Source: a virus
Lineage: Duplodnaviria; Heunggongvirae; Uroviricota; Caudoviricetes
Length of the DNA: 8,890 nt
Reading direction: 5' to 3' (one strand)
IMG/VR virus record: IMGVR_UViG_2695420585_000008
A program made the position numbers and the translations under genes. This document shows, piece by piece, positions 7,749 through 8,890 of the stretch. Within the stretch, counting starts at the first letter, position 1; every line of letters begins with the position of its first letter. Under the pieces are notes generated by a model that was not told where the DNA came from, ran no database searches, and worked only from the letters and a program-made list of their open reading frames with translations.

Positions 7749-8326
7749 ACACGGCAGCGGAAGCCATTCGCGCCCTGTCGATGCAGATGCCGGGCTTTCG
7801 CCGTCAGATGAACGAAGGCTGGTACCAGATACGTATTCGCGGTGAGGACACGGCACCGGAGGCGGTGTACGCCCGTCTTCACGAACAGCTGGGTGAGGGG
7901 GCGGTCATCCATATTGTGCCGCGACTGGCCGGGGCCGGAAAGGGTGGACTGCAGATTGTGCTGGGGGCGGCAGCCATCGTGGGCTCTTTCTTCACTGCCG
8001 GGGCATCAATGGCGTTATGGGGTTCAGCCCTGGCAGCCGGTGGTTTTTCTGCCACCACGATGCTGTTTTCACTGGGGGCCAGCATGATACTGGGTGGTGT
8101 GGCACAGATGCTTGCCCCGAAGCCAAAAACACCGGAATACAGGGCAACGGATAACGGCAGACAGAACACGTACTTTTCCTCGCTGGATAACATGATTGCC
8201 CAGGGGAACCCGATGCCGGTGCCTTACGGTGAAATGCTGGTTGGCTCCCGGCGAATCTCCCAGGACATCAGTACCCGTGATGAAGGCGGTGACGGGAAGA
8301 TGGTGGTTATCGGGCGGCAGGCATAA
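7646..8326 (+). CDS. I: Tail assembly protein I, 226 aa
   Basis: ATG 7646 with GGGAGAGG upstream, overlapping the 3' end of K by 103 nt in a different frame, as in lambda. Stop TAA 8324-8326. Similarity to lambda gpI (ARICL.GDLQRFGRR, GAVIHIVPR, FSLGASM.LGGVAQMLAPK, QNTYFSSLDNM.AQGN, YGEM.VGSR). Confidence 0.9.
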   Translation: MATTNAFSLASPPLARICLHGDLQRFGRRLSLYVNTAAEAIRALSMQMPGFRRQMNEGWYQIRIRGEDTAPEAVYARLHEQLGEGAVIHIVPRLAGAGKGGLQIVLGAAAIVGSFFTAGASMALWGSALAAGGFSATTMLFSLGASMILGGVAQMLAPKPKTPEYRATDNGRQNTYFSSLDNMIAQGNPMPVPYGEMLVGSRRISQDISTRDEGGDGKMVVIGRQA

Positions 8327-8337
8327 AAGCGAAAAAA

Positions 8338-8370
8338 TCCCGCAGTGCTCACGGACAGGAACTGCGGGAG
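8338..8370 (-). terminator. Intrinsic terminator oriented for minus-strand transcription
   Basis: CCCGCAGT (8339-8346) pairs with ACTGCGGG (8361-8368), an 8-9 bp stem with a 14-nt loop. On the plus strand the stem is preceded by A6 (8332-8337) and not followed by a T-run, so the U-tract follows the stem only on the minus strand. Confidence 0.5.
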
Positions 8371-8510
8371 CGTTACGAAGATTGAGTGTAAGGAATTATT
8401 CTTATGTCACGACAAAAAACATTAACGCAGAGAAATTATTAGCGCCACAGTCAGTTTGTGAAAATGTGAAGATATTCAGAATTTTTATTCAGTCATGATA
8501 CAGGCATCCA

Positions 8511-8696
8511 ACCTGTATGTGGGATTACCGGGGAGATGAATGCGGGTATAACGGTCCTGCGGTGGCGGATGAGTTCGACAACCCCACCACGGATATCCGT
8601 AAGGACAGATGCAGCAAGTGCATGCGTGGGTGTGAACTGCGCAGGAATGTCGGCAATTTTGGCGGTTTCCTTTCCATTAATAAACTTTCGCAGTAA
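8511..8696 (+). pseudogene. 5'-truncated fragment of a second L-type tail tip gene (C-terminal ~61 codons, Cys-cluster region)
   Basis: In frame with the L-homologous reading frame (TCMWDYRGDECGYNGPAVADEFDNPTTDIRKDRCSKCMRGCELRRNVGNFGGFLSINKLSQ, stop TAA 8694-8696). Homology to L begins only at about L codon 172. An in-frame stop sits at 8496-8498 just upstream. There is an internal in-frame ATG at 8517. Confidence 0.65.
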
Positions 8697-8706
8697 ATCC
8701 CGGTTT

Positions 8707-8890
8707 ATGACACAGACTGAATCAGCGATTCTGGCACATGCCCGGCGGTGTGCGCCTGCGGAGTCGTGCGGCTTCGTGATAAGCACGCCGGAGGGGGAGC
8801 GGTATATCCCTTGTGTGAATATTTCCGCAGAGCCGGAGGCGTATTTTCGTATCGCACCGGAAGACTGGCTGCGGGCAGAGATGCAGGGGG
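8707..8890 (+). CDS. K: 5' end of a second K-type tail assembly gene (partial, continues beyond the window)
   Basis: ATG 8707 corresponds exactly to the K start at 7005 plus 1702. Translation MTQTESAILAHARRCAPAESCGFVISTPEGERYIPCVNISAEPEAYFRIAPEDWLRAEMQG is nearly identical to the first K, with no stop before the window edge. Confidence 0.8.
   Translation, partial: MTQTESAILAHARRCAPAESCGFVISTPEGERYIPCVNISAEPEAYFRIAPEDWLRAEMQG

Larger units (their letters stand above)
8511..8890 (+). repeat. Direct repeat, copy 2 (diverged L 3' fragment plus start of a second K), running to the window edge
   Basis: Same alignment as copy 1. The mismatches are clustered, mainly in the last codons of L (8627-8655) and near K codons 24-27. 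Confidence 0.9.

Noticed and set aside
8404-8442. 12-codon plus-strand ORF (MSRQKTLTQRNY) with an AAGGA about 9 nt upstream, in the AT-rich spacer
   Set aside because: Too short to call without expression evidence. Short ORFs like this arise readily by chance in AT-rich sequence.
7046-8498. Off-frame plus-strand ORFs (87, 91, 81 and 100 aa) overlapping K and I
   Set aside because: Nested in alternative frames of strongly supported K and I genes, Arg/Cys/Trp-rich translations typical of out-of-frame GC-rich sequence.
8493-8786. 97-aa minus-strand ORF antisense to the second L/K copy, ending at the repeat junction upstream of the minus-strand terminator
   Set aside because: The equivalent ORF is not open in the first repeat copy, the translation has no recognisable features, and it is fully antisense to K'/L'. 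I note only that it lies upstream of the minus-strand terminator, so RNA-seq would settle it.
1-8890. Looked for CRISPR arrays, tRNA or rRNA genes, IS inverted repeats, integrase or att-like sites, and toxin-antitoxin or other defence cassettes
   Set aside because: None found. The only repeats are the L/K paralogous segment and short direct repeats in the 184-bp spacer. Coding capacity is fully accounted for by tail morphogenesis genes.

Overview
The window is almost entirely a plus-strand, tightly packed tail-morphogenesis operon of a lambdoid siphovirus-type prophage, of the kind found in enterobacteria. In order it contains: the 3' end of an upstream gene, three small head-tail joining/tail-completion genes, a major tail tube protein with a C-terminal Ig-like domain, a G/G-T-type chaperone pair with a -1 slippery heptamer, a 1080-aa tape measure protein, and clear homologues of lambda M, L, K and I. 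The unexpected part is the right end: where the central fibre gene (lambda J) would normally follow I, there is instead a 184-bp AT-rich non-coding spacer carrying a minus-oriented intrinsic terminator, followed by a diverged second copy (about 95% identical, 380 bp) of the 3' end of L and the 5' end of K that runs off the window. I see no rRNA, tRNA, CRISPR array, IS element or recognisable defence system. All family assignments are from reading the translated ORFs against remembered protein families; no database search was run.
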